Below, in pieces: positions 1-8,694 of a stretch of DNA of 64,000 nt; positions within the stretch are counted from its first letter, which is position 1; each line of letters begins with the position of its first letter. The position numbers and the translations under genes are program-made. This stretch comes from a virus. The DNA lies in IMG/VR virus record IMGVR_UViG_3300027861_002706, positions 1-64,000 of that record, one strand, 5' to 3'. The notes below the pieces were generated by a model. It ran no database searches, was not told the origin of the DNA, and saw only the letters and a list, made by a program, of their open reading frames with translations.

Positions 1-120
1 AAGAATAGAGACTGGATACCCATGTACTTAGTGTGTATGGGGAATAGCTCTAAGGATAAGATAATGATCTATGATAATAAACAAACCTACAGAGATTACA
101 CTCTCCAGATAAAATGCTAG
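1..120 (+). CDS. 3' end of an upstream gene (partial, hypothetical)
   Basis: Frame 1 is open from base 1 to TAG at 118-120 (KNRDWIPMYLVCMGNSSKDKIMIYDNKQTYRDYTLQIKC) and overlaps the ATG at 114, matching the tight gene packing elsewhere. Confidence 0.5.
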   Translation, partial: KNRDWIPMYLVCMGNSSKDKIMIYDNKQTYRDYTLQIKC

Positions 121-551
121 ATCATAGCAATGTAGAAAGCTGGACTCCAAGCTATTGTGCGGCTCATAAGTCGTACAATAAAGTATCTTTGAATCGCGCT
201 AGCCCAGTTATCTACATGTCTAATCAAACTGAATTTAGAACTGACGATCTAAAGAAGATATTTTCTACCGCAATCTCTTCAGTTGGAGACATTACTAGGG
301 TATGGTATGTTACTGTGGGCTATAGGTATAGCAAAGAGGTAGGGAATTGCCATGGATGGGCATATCTTGACACAGGTAGATTCCATATATCTCTTCCACA
401 TTGGCCTAGTAATATAAAAATGAATGAGCTATGTCAAATAATACAACATGAGATAGATCATTGTTTAGGATTAAACCATGTCGAAATGTTAGACTGGTGG
501 AAATTGAAACCAACATGGAATAAAGAACTAGAGAGACCAAGGAAAAGATAA
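114..551 (+). CDS. Small zinc metallopeptidase (metzincin-type motif)
   Basis: QHEIDHCLGLNH matches HExxHxxGxxH. Confidence 0.7.
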   Translation: MLDHSNVESWTPSYCAAHKSYNKVSLNRASPVIYMSNQTEFRTDDLKKIFSTAISSVGDITRVWYVTVGYRYSKEVGNCHGWAYLDTGRFHISLPHWPSNIKMNELCQIIQHEIDHCLGLNHVEMLDWWKLKPTWNKELERPRKR

Positions 552-569
552 TGTCAGAAAGCAGAAGCA

Positions 570-1307
570 ATGGATAAAATGGATGAAGAAGTTCTTGTTG
601 TACCTAAGGATATATTCTTTGCCAGGTTCGAATACTTTGAAGGATTCAAGCCAGCTAAGCATTTTTATGACGAGAGTGAGTATACCCATGATCTAGAAGG
701 ACATGAATACACTATGTGTTCTGATCATATTCTTGAGAATAAACATTACATGAAGCGCAGAGATTGTGAAGAAGATCCTAGTTATCTGCAGATTATACCT
801 TACATATGTATATTTCACAATGATGGTATCTTCTATGTTGAACGCGGGAGCGGATCGGGTGAGTCAAGATTACACGGTAAGATATCGATAGGTATGGGCG
901 GGCACTTAAATGAGGACGATTGGGATTGGACCTGGCCAGCATACAACCCGCTACTGAAGAAGTCCTCTACGGTTACACATGGATGTAGGAATGATTTAAT
1001 CCTTCATGGTGCAATGAGAGAACTTTATGAAGAGACTGATATAAACGGTAATATAAATATCACATTTGCTGGCCTTATAAATCATGATTGTGATCCAGTA
1101 AATGCAGTTCATTTAGGTGTAGTATTCTTTGCTAAATTATGGGAAGATGCAACTATACAGCCTAAAGAGCTGGAGAAAATATCTGCACATGGATTGATGT
1201 ATCCACACATACTCATGGACAGTAGACACTATGATAGACTAGAGCTTTGGTCCAAGTCTATCTTAGATAAGCTAAAGGAAATAGATAAGAATGAACATTA
1301 CGGATAA
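570..1307 (+). CDS. NUDIX hydrolase (predicted phosphoesterase type)
   Basis: Nudix box GAMRELYEETDI plus EEDPSYLQIIPY and RLHGKISIGMGGHLN, motifs typical of the COG4112-like family. Confidence 0.85.
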   Translation: MDKMDEEVLVVPKDIFFARFEYFEGFKPAKHFYDESEYTHDLEGHEYTMCSDHILENKHYMKRRDCEEDPSYLQIIPYICIFHNDGIFYVERGSGSGESRLHGKISIGMGGHLNEDDWDWTWPAYNPLLKKSSTVTHGCRNDLILHGAMRELYEETDINGNINITFAGLINHDCDPVNAVHLGVVFFAKLWEDATIQPKELEKISAHGLMYPHILMDSRHYDRLELWSKSILDKLKEIDKNEHYG

Positions 1308-1584
1308 AATAAACGAGTTAAACAAGAAACTTTTTACTGACCTACAAGAAGCATCTTCTGGTAATATGGAAGAGCTTGAAGTTGTTGGAGAAAAGGTAGA
1401 AGGTATTATTAATACATGGGGAAAAGATCTTGCCGAAGCAACTAGGATGGAATGTGATCCACCTCGGTTCAAGGTAAAGATAGATGCTGATTCTGATCAG
1501 CCTTTAATGATTGAACCAGCGAATGATGTTGCCAAAGAGATCTTTGATATTAATGATGTGCTAGGTCTGCAGAAAGATTCTTAA
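1291..1584 (+). CDS. Hypothetical acidic protein
   Basis: 97-aa ORF overlapping the NUDIX stop, protein-like composition. Confidence 0.7.
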   Translation: MNITDKINELNKKLFTDLQEASSGNMEELEVVGEKVEGIINTWGKDLAEATRMECDPPRFKVKIDADSDQPLMIEPANDVAKEIFDINDVLGLQKDS

Positions 1585-1729
1585 TTATTTGACCTAGTTC
1601 TTCTTGAGGTATATGTAGTAGGTGACTAGCCTCCTTAGTCCCATGCTCATAGCATAACACAAGAATATATCTCTGATATGCTGTTAATTTTGACAGTAGT
1701 CTTGATTTAGGTTCTACTATTATATCTAT
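1550..1729 (-). CDS. Unannotated 59-aa sigma-70 region-4-like helix-turn-helix protein (non-canonical start or frameshift product)
   Basis: Read by hand: IDIIVEPKSRLLSKLTAYQRYILVLCYEHGTKEASHLLHIPQEELGQIIKNLSADLAHH-TAA. It fills the only large apparent gap. No upstream ATG/GTG/TTG; an ATA overlaps the upstream TAG. Confidence 0.55.
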   Translation of the reverse strand: MDIIVEPKSRLLSKLTAYQRYILVLCYEHGTKEASHLLHIPQEELGQIIKNLSADLAHH

Positions 1730-2814
1730 GATATGATTTCTTCCAGTATCTTTTCAGGATTATGTGCTTTTCTTAGTTCTATTTTTGATTGGTCAGAGAT
1801 GTCTTTGTTCATTGCATAGTCAATTGAATCTTTAAGAGATAGCTGATTTGGGGATGCCCACCAGCTATCACTAGATGAATTACCATCAAAGACAGGAATC
1901 ATAGTATGATCATATATCTGCATGTAGCTTCCTATATCGCTACTCGATGTGTTATGAGTATGTGTGATTGGAACAGTTCCACATAGTGCAGATTGTATGA
2001 CTGTTTGATTTATTCCAGATGTTCTGCTGATATTAATCGAAGTAGAGCACGCGTTATACACTTGTGCTAATTCTTCATCCGCTAATGGGTTAGATAGAAG
2101 AACTATCCTAGGCCCATCCTTACTATTAGATCTCTGTCTGACTTGACTAATCATTTGAATGATAGCAGGATCATCTGCAGTGTTCATAGTATTCTTATAT
2201 GTTCTTAAGATTATGGTTAAATCATTTTGGGTATACTGCGAGCATAATACTTCAAGGACTTCTATTATGCTTGTGGCATCTGATTGTTTTCCCTGGATAA
2301 GAACAGCAGGTTTTCTATCTTCTATCCTAATACCATTTTCCCGGACAGTAACATTCGCAATATCTGCTTCACCTGAAATTTTGCCAAAGATATCTATATC
2401 TATTGGCTCATTAATGATAGCAACATCGCATTCAACGTTTGCTCTAATCGCTGAGGCATAGTCCTCTTCGGAAGTCACTAGAACTTTATCCATCATAGAA
2501 CATTTGCTTACCCATTCTTTTGGAATAGCTGATCCTTTGCCCCATGATATCCATCCTATATTCTTTGCTCCTTCATGTAAGGTCCAGAATTCTGGCGATT
2601 TCATATTAATACATACATCTGGATTTTCTAGTTTAGATTCACATGCTGTTTTAACATCATCGAGAAGTTCTGTTTGAATCATTATACATACAGGGTCATG
2701 TTTAATATTAGTTATTTTAAACTCATGTGAATCTTTATTGTGTTTAAACAAAGCCCTACATCTGGAACTGATAGAATTGGGAGAGTTTATATCTCCAGCA
2801 AGATGTATCTTCAA
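1726..2814 (-). CDS. Degenerate GT-B (GT4-like) glycosyltransferase
   Basis: GT4-like layout (DKVLVTSEED, NEPIDIDIF, LADEELAQVYNACS, SALCGTVPI), but the EGFGxxxxE motif is replaced by SGINQTVIQ. TTG start overlaps the upstream TGA. Confidence 0.65.
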   Translation of the reverse strand: MKIHLAGDINSPNSISSRCRALFKHNKDSHEFKITNIKHDPVCIMIQTELLDDVKTACESKLENPDVCINMKSPEFWTLHEGAKNIGWISWGKGSAIPKEWVSKCSMMDKVLVTSEEDYASAIRANVECDVAIINEPIDIDIFGKISGEADIANVTVRENGIRIEDRKPAVLIQGKQSDATSIIEVLEVLCSQYTQNDLTIILRTYKNTMNTADDPAIIQMISQVRQRSNSKDGPRIVLLSNPLADEELAQVYNACSTSINISRTSGINQTVIQSALCGTVPITHTHNTSSSDIGSYMQIYDHTMIPVFDGNSSSDSWWASPNQLSLKDSIDYAMNKDISDQSKIELRKAHNPEKILEEIIS

Positions 2815-4169
2815 ACTGAAACTCCAATCATTTTTCTTGGTTTACTTACTACCTGCTGTATGAGTTCATGATGCTGCGTGGCTAATAGGTCGTGATCAAA
2901 TCTAGATAGCATATCTATTCTTCCATTCGAAGACAGGGTTTTGTAGAGTTCTTTATTTTTATAAAGACTATAGATTTGTTTTATAGCATGATTAATGTCT
3001 ATGAATCCTCTGTCTATTGAGCTTATGGGCTCTGGATACAGCTCACAATCTACTGAGAGACCGCCCTTCTTTGATATCTCAGGTTGAGCAGTGTAGTCAG
3101 TGTATACGACAGGTAGACCGCAAGCCTGAGCTTCAATCAGAGGTATCCCGAAGCCCTCTCCTCCAGATAAGGAAACAAACAAGTCAAACATATTATAGAG
3201 GTCTGACATTTCAGATGTTTTTAATCCGCTATCTTGAGTAAGTTTACTAGTAAATATTACTGTGTTTCCAAGCCCCCACATGTCTCTATGCAGATTAAAG
3301 TCCCAGCCTATATTTGCTTGGTTATATGCATGCATCCATAGTCGTAAGTCTTCGATTGGTTCACCTGGAGATACGTCTGTAGATTTACAGTACTTACATT
3401 CAGTAGGTATACTGGCAATACTTCTCTTCTGTCGGTTATATATTCCTCTAGTGACTCTATCACATGAATTACAGTTTATATAATTGCCGGTTTTAAGATA
3501 GTAAATGGTCTCAAAAAGATTCCATGGATTCTTTCGAGTTTGATCTTTACCTACCCAGCCAATGATAAAGCTATTAAGTATATCTGGATTTACTGCTTCT
3601 CTCAGTTTTTGTTTCTTATCTTCTGCATATGGATGGAAGATATTATTATCTACTCCGTGGTAGATCATTGCTGGCTTAACTCCAGTAAGATCCTCTACGG
3701 CATCTGCTCCGAACTCACTGGATACTATTGATAGTTCGGCAGCGTTAAGAGTTTTCTCATATCTCAATGGAGTAGGTGTACCATCTATCTCAAGGTATTG
3801 AATATACTTATAGCCTAATTGATTTCTGAGGAAAGACATATGCTCTACCATATATACGTCAGCTAAAGTCCACACTATGTCTGGCTTGAGCTGATTACAT
3901 AATGCCGGGAAGGATTGTGCCCCCCATTTGTCTTGCTCTAGAGGCTTTCGATTACCTTGTGGATCAAAGTTTGTGTTTGTAGGAATTATTTTCCAAGGGA
4001 CTGACTCTATCTCTTTCATTTTGAACCAGCCCTGCTGTACAATCTCGTACTTACCTGTACGCAATAGACGAGTCCATACTTCTCTTATCTGAGAGCCAAA
4101 AGAAGTATGATTGTCAGCGGCGTAGCCACAGATAAGAATCTTTGTTTTGTCCGACTGTTCAGTTTCCAT
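2811..4169 (-). CDS. GT4-family glycosyltransferase with inserted Cys4 zinc ribbon
   Basis: IYHGVDNNIF, YNMFDLFVSLSGGEGFGIPLIEAQACGLPVV; insertion CNSC-x21-CKYC. Confidence 0.88.
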   Translation of the reverse strand: METEQSDKTKILICGYAADNHTSFGSQIREVWTRLLRTGKYEIVQQGWFKMKEIESVPWKIIPTNTNFDPQGNRKPLEQDKWGAQSFPALCNQLKPDIVWTLADVYMVEHMSFLRNQLGYKYIQYLEIDGTPTPLRYEKTLNAAELSIVSSEFGADAVEDLTGVKPAMIYHGVDNNIFHPYAEDKKQKLREAVNPDILNSFIIGWVGKDQTRKNPWNLFETIYYLKTGNYINCNSCDRVTRGIYNRQKRSIASIPTECKYCKSTDVSPGEPIEDLRLWMHAYNQANIGWDFNLHRDMWGLGNTVIFTSKLTQDSGLKTSEMSDLYNMFDLFVSLSGGEGFGIPLIEAQACGLPVVYTDYTAQPEISKKGGLSVDCELYPEPISSIDRGFIDINHAIKQIYSLYKNKELYKTLSSNGRIDMLSRFDHDLLATQHHELIQQVVSKPRKMIGVSV

Positions 4170-4986
4170 TTAATTCCCTTTTAGCAGAGTTTATCCAGGA
4201 CTCAGGTAAGTCCTTTAACATGAATTTCTGATCACATATCCGATTAAACGGACAAGCAGAGCATTTAGATCTTGAAGTATTTGGCAGGTAAACGCCTTTT
4301 CTAATCAAATCTACTGTATTTGTACATGTCTGCAATGATATGTCAAGCATATATCTAGAAACCTTAGTAGAAATTCTAGGTATTCCAAAGTAAGAGAGGT
4401 ATCTGTGACCGTAAGGATATTCTATCCTATGAGATATGATGTTGTCTATGAAATATCTAGCTAATCCAACATCTATGTGGTCATAATTTTGTATATTCTT
4501 ATATGTTTTATCGTCTATCAACGAAGTAAATTCGTAAGATCTTTTTGATCTGTTGCCATCATTTCTTATGGTCATTAGATCTATCTTGCTCGAGACATGT
4601 AGATCTTCTCCTAGCTCAACAGTGAAAGGATAATTGAACATCGCTATGATGTCTTTACTTATGTCTATGTACTCTATAATAGTATTTATGACGATAAGAC
4701 CTTGAGCGTAGAGTTCGATAAGTCTCTGTGAATCTCTGCAGTTATTTGACAAAGAAGTAAATTTCTCTTTGAATGTTTCAGCTGCATCTGCTATAAAGGA
4801 CCTAGGATGCTTCCTTCTAAGACCCCACTCATTTGCTATGATGAAGAAGGCATCATGCATGGCTTCAACATAAATTTCATTGGCGTTAATTGGTTTGTAG
4901 GGTAAGTTTAGCTCATGTTTATATCTGTAATAAAGCCCGCAAAAAAGATAGTTTTTAATTTGTTCAGAACTGTAAATGTTACTCAT
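4159..4986 (-). CDS. PD-(D/E)XK/RecB-Cas4-like fold protein, probably nuclease-inactive
   Basis: N-terminal NYLFCGLYY and C-terminal CSACPFNRIC (Fe-S staple pattern) with SSKIDLM. The expected D/E-x-K is not evident (YEFTS). Confidence 0.6.
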   Translation of the reverse strand: MSNIYSSEQIKNYLFCGLYYRYKHELNLPYKPINANEIYVEAMHDAFFIIANEWGLRRKHPRSFIADAAETFKEKFTSLSNNCRDSQRLIELYAQGLIVINTIIEYIDISKDIIAMFNYPFTVELGEDLHVSSKIDLMTIRNDGNRSKRSYEFTSLIDDKTYKNIQNYDHIDVGLARYFIDNIISHRIEYPYGHRYLSYFGIPRISTKVSRYMLDISLQTCTNTVDLIRKGVYLPNTSRSKCSACPFNRICDQKFMLKDLPESWINSAKRELNGN

Positions 4987-5003
4987 GTTAGTTTGGAATT
5001 CGA

Positions 5004-7499
5004 GTGGAAAATGATTTAGATGTAATTAAGTCCAAGATCATGCCTTTCTTGTCTCAATATCTTGAAGATATGAAGATAGAAATAGTTACTAGAGGTCATG
5101 ATCAATGGATAAGCTGCCTTAACCCAGAACATGAAGACTCAGATCCTTCCATGCATTTTGTACCGGAGAGTGATAGCACTATATTAAAGTGCTTCTCCTG
5201 TAACGCTAGTTATAATATATTTCATGCTGCAAATATACTTGAAGATAAACCTTTATCGGGAAAAGAATTTATACAAGATAATTTATATTATCTTTGTGAT
5301 AAGTACAGTGTAAAACATGACTTACTATCTATCTCAGAGGATGAACTGCGAGAAATTTCTATCAGAAAGGCCTACAGGGATGCTGCAAAGGTTTTTAGAA
5401 ATCAGTGTATCAAAGATAAAGATTTTTCTTTTGTCAACAGTAGGAATCGGGGTATTTCTGACACTATTGCTGCTAGCATGGGTATTGGAACTGTTTACTG
5501 GGATCCTTTCAAAGAAGAGATGAAGGAACTTGGTCATAACCAGAAATGGTTAGAGTCGATCGGGATCAGCTCAGATTTTATAGGTCTAGACTACCTGACT
5601 TTTATATTAAAAGATGAAAAGGGAGACTGCATAGGACTGGCACGAAGATGGATGCGTTGGAAAAAGGAAGACCATAAGGCAAGCAGGGAATCTGGATCAC
5701 ATTATATACCTAAGTATAAGAACAGCGACAGTACAAAGAATCCATTGTATAAAAAGAATCAATTCCTATACGGACTGTATAGAGCGCTAGAAGCTAAGAC
5801 AAGTAAGATAGATCTTGTTGAAGGATACACTGATGCCATTGCAATGATGCAAGCGGGTCATAGCCACGTTGCTGCAGTCTGTGGTACTGCAATAACAAAA
5901 GATCAAGTTCAGTTACTTAAGGACCTCGGCTTTACAAATATAAATATAACGTTAGACGGCGATGAAGCTGGCATACATAATATGGATAAGTATTTAGAAA
6001 GCTTTAGGTCTACGCCAGGCATAAGAGTTACTATAACTATATTAGAATTTGATGACTCTGTAGAACCAGAAGATAGAGATCCATGCTACTGGATACAGAT
6101 GCATGGTCTTGCTGAATACTTCGAGATAAAAAGAAAGACTGCATTCGATTGGCAACTAGAAAAACTTATATCTAAAAAAGTTGCCTATCCTGATATTGCA
6201 AAGCAGATGATTGACTATATACTGGCTGAATCTTCGGCTATTGACAGAGAATCATTAATAAAAGAGCTGAGCAGTAGAACAGGGATAAGCCGTGACGCCA
6301 TTCAGAAAGAAATTAATAGTAGAACTAACAACAGCGTCAATCAGATTATTGATGAATGTAATAAAAGAATCTCTAGAGCACAAACAGCAGAACAAAAACT
6401 TGAGTTCCTTAGGGCGGCAGTCAGCAAGGCAGAAACCTCAGTAAGACCTAAAGGAGTAGAAGACCTTTCCGTAAGGGCTAGTTATTCTACGATTGAAAAT
6501 ATAACTAACAAGTTTGTACAAGACAATCCTGGCTTGACTGGATGGGATTGCGGCATAGAAGGTATCAATAAATATTTCGGTGGGATACCTAAGTCAAAAG
6601 AGTTGATAGCATTTGGCGGAAATCCTAATACAGGTAAGTCTACTCTCCTATATAATATATGCTATGGGCTATTGAATAACGAGCCTAATGGATTGACCTG
6701 TGCATTTTGGTCACTAGATGATCCTATCGAAAGTGTAACAGCTAAGATGTTAGCTATAAAAACTGGGTTTAGTATAAATCAATGTAAATATGCTAGTAAT
6801 AATATACCTGCGAGAGGTATCAGCACGAGAGATACTCCTGAGTATAAAGAAGCCATTGAATGGATCCATAACGTCACTAGGTCTGGTAAATTCATACCTC
6901 AGTCTACCGGGATGGGTGAAACGATAGAGTCATGTGAAAAATGGCTCCGATCTATACGAGAAGAAACCGGCAATGACATCGTCCTATTCATAGATAGCTT
7001 CCATAATATATCTGGAGGAGGAGATGATGAGAGGATCAAAGCCAAGCGTGCAGCAGAATGGATGCAAAAGATATCCGATACATTAGATCTGACTATCGTA
7101 TGTACTATGGAATGCAATAAGCAGGGAATGAACTCTAAGCGCCCTCATATAGAACATCTTGGTGAGTCAGGCAAGATGGCATTCTCATTCAAATTAGTCG
7201 GAATGGTGTATAACGACTTGCATGAAAACAGAGAGAGAGCCAAGAGCTATTGGACAGATTCTAATGGAAAAGATAGGCCTATTATAGAAGTTTCTTATGA
7301 GAAGAATAAGATTACCTCCTATAAAGGAACACAATCATTTAAGTTTAAAGACGAGTGTGCAACACTAGAGGAAATCAGCTATGCTCAGATCGAAGAGATG
7401 GTAAAAGATAGACATGAAAAGAAGATCGAAAAACAAACTGGCATACCTAATGTCAAACTCTATGAAGGTAATTTAGATGGCTTCAGTAGCACTGGATAG
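5004..7499 (+). CDS. Fused DnaG-type primase / DnaB-like helicase
   Basis: Zn-binding CLNPEH...CFSC, Toprim LVEGYTDA and LDGDEAG, Walker A GGNPNTGKS, Walker B LFIDSFH. The start may be ATG 5040. Confidence 0.9.
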   Translation: MENDLDVIKSKIMPFLSQYLEDMKIEIVTRGHDQWISCLNPEHEDSDPSMHFVPESDSTILKCFSCNASYNIFHAANILEDKPLSGKEFIQDNLYYLCDKYSVKHDLLSISEDELREISIRKAYRDAAKVFRNQCIKDKDFSFVNSRNRGISDTIAASMGIGTVYWDPFKEEMKELGHNQKWLESIGISSDFIGLDYLTFILKDEKGDCIGLARRWMRWKKEDHKASRESGSHYIPKYKNSDSTKNPLYKKNQFLYGLYRALEAKTSKIDLVEGYTDAIAMMQAGHSHVAAVCGTAITKDQVQLLKDLGFTNINITLDGDEAGIHNMDKYLESFRSTPGIRVTITILEFDDSVEPEDRDPCYWIQMHGLAEYFEIKRKTAFDWQLEKLISKKVAYPDIAKQMIDYILAESSAIDRESLIKELSSRTGISRDAIQKEINSRTNNSVNQIIDECNKRISRAQTAEQKLEFLRAAVSKAETSVRPKGVEDLSVRASYSTIENITNKFVQDNPGLTGWDCGIEGINKYFGGIPKSKELIAFGGNPNTGKSTLLYNICYGLLNNEPNGLTCAFWSLDDPIESVTAKMLAIKTGFSINQCKYASNNIPARGISTRDTPEYKEAIEWIHNVTRSGKFIPQSTGMGETIESCEKWLRSIREETGNDIVLFIDSFHNISGGGDDERIKAKRAAEWMQKISDTLDLTIVCTMECNKQGMNSKRPHIEHLGESGKMAFSFKLVGMVYNDLHENRERAKSYWTDSNGKDRPIIEVSYEKNKITSYKGTQSFKFKDECATLEEISYAQIEEMVKDRHEKKIEKQTGIPNVKLYEGNLDGFSSTG

Positions 7500-8436
7500 A
7501 ATACATAATTTATTAGTAAATCCTTACGTTAAAGAGACCAGACGAGGTGGAGCAAGATACCCCAGTAGTTCTAGCACTACATATATAAATCAATATGGAG
7601 AAGATACAGTTGTAGGAACCTGCCTACGACGTCAATGGTACGCTTCTCAGGACTACGAAGAGACTGGTGAGAGGAATGCCGAGGGTACGATGAAGGCCCT
7701 TGCCGGTAACCTCTGGTCTCAGTTCCTAGTTGATAGAATCAAGGAGGCTGGATTCTGGTATGGGGACGAAACGAGCTTCTATAATGCGGAGCTAAATGTC
7801 TCCGGTAGAGTAGATGTCATAGTGGCCGAGGAGGGCACCAGACACCCCGTAGGAGTGGAGATCAAGACGGTTGGGACCTTTGTATCAAAGGGGGTCATCA
7901 AGCCCACAGCAGCCTACCCACTGGCTCCTAAGGAAGACCATGTTCTACAGACAATGATTTATCTATATCATTATAGGAATGCAATCAAGAAATGGGTATT
8001 ACTATATATGGATAGAAATACCATGGAGATGGCTGAGCATGTAGTAAGACTAGAAGAAGAAGACGGCTATCACTACCCTGTAATTTCCAATGAGATGGGC
8101 GTAAAAGAATGGAAACATATCAGGGTAGAAGATATCATTAGACGCTGGCAAGAATTAGAGATTCATATCAAAAATAAGACTTTACCAGAGAGAGACTATG
8201 AGCTACAGTATGCTAACTCTAAGATAGCTGCTATGTACAATACTGGCCGGCTCACTAAAACTGATTCTAAAAGAATCCAAAGAAGAGTAGAAGCTGGTGA
8301 AGTAGATGATAACAAGCCACCTCTACTGGAGAAAGGAGATTGGCAATGTCGATTTTGCCCGTTTCTTCAGGAATGTTATCGAGAAGAGATCGCACCAGAT
8401 CAGATCTCGAACGAACAGATGGATGCAACACTATGA
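7477..8436 (+). CDS. Cas4/RecB-like PD-(D/E)XK exonuclease
   Basis: GTCLRRQWY, SGRVDVI, VEIKT, QTMIY and CRFCPFLQEC (four-Cys Fe-S pattern). Confidence 0.85.
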   Translation: MASVALDRIHNLLVNPYVKETRRGGARYPSSSSTTYINQYGEDTVVGTCLRRQWYASQDYEETGERNAEGTMKALAGNLWSQFLVDRIKEAGFWYGDETSFYNAELNVSGRVDVIVAEEGTRHPVGVEIKTVGTFVSKGVIKPTAAYPLAPKEDHVLQTMIYLYHYRNAIKKWVLLYMDRNTMEMAEHVVRLEEEDGYHYPVISNEMGVKEWKHIRVEDIIRRWQELEIHIKNKTLPERDYELQYANSKIAAMYNTGRLTKTDSKRIQRRVEAGEVDDNKPPLLEKGDWQCRFCPFLQECYREEIAPDQISNEQMDATL

Positions 8437-8693
8437 GTAAGAAGAAACTTCGTACGGTTTATACTAAAGAACATGTGATTGAATCATATCGCGAGGGCTT
8501 AGTAGATGGCATGTCTAAGGGAGAAAGAGTATCTAGCGATATACTTAATCTATATGAAAGGATAAACACTATAAGAAAAGCACTAAAAGATTATGGATAT
8601 ATCCTACCAAACAATCAGCTGTCCTCTAAAGGTGAATCAATGCCAATGATCATTGCTATATTCGATGCTATTGATCTGAAAGAAGAAGAATAA
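8433..8693 (+). CDS. Hypothetical protein
   Basis: ATGA overlap with the nuclease stop gives MSKKKLRT..., a better start than 8340. Confidence 0.7.
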   Translation: MSKKKLRTVYTKEHVIESYREGLVDGMSKGERVSSDILNLYERINTIRKALKDYGYILPNNQLSSKGESMPMIIAIFDAIDLKEEE

Positions 8694-8694
8694 C

